DNA from: Dendrobates tinctorius
Taxonomy: Eukaryota
Assembly: GCF_039654945.1 (NCBI RefSeq)
Contig: NW_027361678.1
Coordinates: 12,834,001 to 12,898,000 of the forward strand
Length of the DNA stretch: 64,000 nucleotides
Reading direction: 5' to 3'
Below are positions 63,225 through 64,000 of this stretch, piece after piece; within the stretch, counting starts at the first letter, position 1; the number at the start of each line of letters is the position of its first letter. The notes below the pieces were generated by a model that ran no database searches, was not told where the DNA came from, and saw only the letters and a list, made by a program, of their open reading frames with translations. A program made the position numbers and the translations under genes.

Positions 63225-64000
63225 ATATATATATGTGTGTGTGTGGGTTTGTGTGTTTTGAAGAATATTTAGTTTGAAAACGATGTGTAAATGACAGAGA
63301 ATTGCTGTATGTAAAAGCTCATGTTAAAATCGCTTTGCAATCAGATAGCAATCCCACGCATTCTGATGTAAATCGGATGCTAGGTGTGAAAAATCAGATT
63401 GTACTCACATAAAAAACGCATGACACTTGCATTACATTCATCCGACTTTCCTGCATCAAATTCGGACCGATTTTAAAATCGTTAGTGTCTCCAGTCTTAA
63501 GGAGAGAACTGGACTCCTGACAGATATGTGGAGTATCAGTAGTCCACTACATTGGAAAGACGTTCACAAAAATCTTCACAGCCAGAGATAAAGGCTGGAT
63601 AACCAGAAATGTTGCTTTTTTGCTGCATCCAAAACCTGATCTCTTAGCAGTATAAAATCAGGTTTTGCTGCTTTTCTTGCTGCGTTTTTCAGGATCCCAA
63701 AGTTCAGCTTTGCTTCCACCACACAAGAATGATCATTTTTGGAGAAAAGGGCAATTTGATCAAATAATTTAGTGGAAAACGATTTTTATGTCTGAAAAAA
63801 TAGTTACTATTCTGAACAAAAAAGTTCATGAGAAAATATATAATTACAAATGTAACAACAGCGGGGGTAGATGAATTGGTCGGGCATAGTTTACATAAGA
63901 CATTGGCAGGGCATTGAGTTGGTCGGCCATTGTTTATTTTCACACATTGCATAGGGTCATTGTATAGGTCAGGCTTAGTTTATTGTACACATATCACTAA

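Overview
Repeat-rich vertebrate genomic DNA, most likely from a frog (inferred from the Dio2 protein and the repeat types). It holds one host gene: a complete two-exon dio2 (type II iodothyronine deiodinase, a selenoprotein) on the + strand. The parts are a CRE/TATA promoter (~8780-8860), coding exon 1 (9344-9565), an 18.5-kb intron, coding exon 2 (28103-28663) with an in-frame Sec UGA at 28256, a form-2 SECIS at ~31547-31650 and AATAAA at 31784. The predicted protein is 260 aa. The promoter abuts a >8.5-kb satellite of 56/57-bp units. The inferred 5' UTR carries a 35-bp minisatellite that supplies five AUG-UGA start-stop elements, two of them in frame with Dio2. The 3' UTR carries a long fold-back MITE. 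Downstream is a transposon pile: a 16.7-kb hAT element with nested LTR elements (including a self-priming chromovirus), an apparently intact Tc1 DD34E element with identical TIRs, and an LTR element carrying a cold-shock-domain ORF. Most long ORFs in the track are tandem-repeat artefacts. All calls were made by eye, and comparisons with mammalian DIO2 are from memory.
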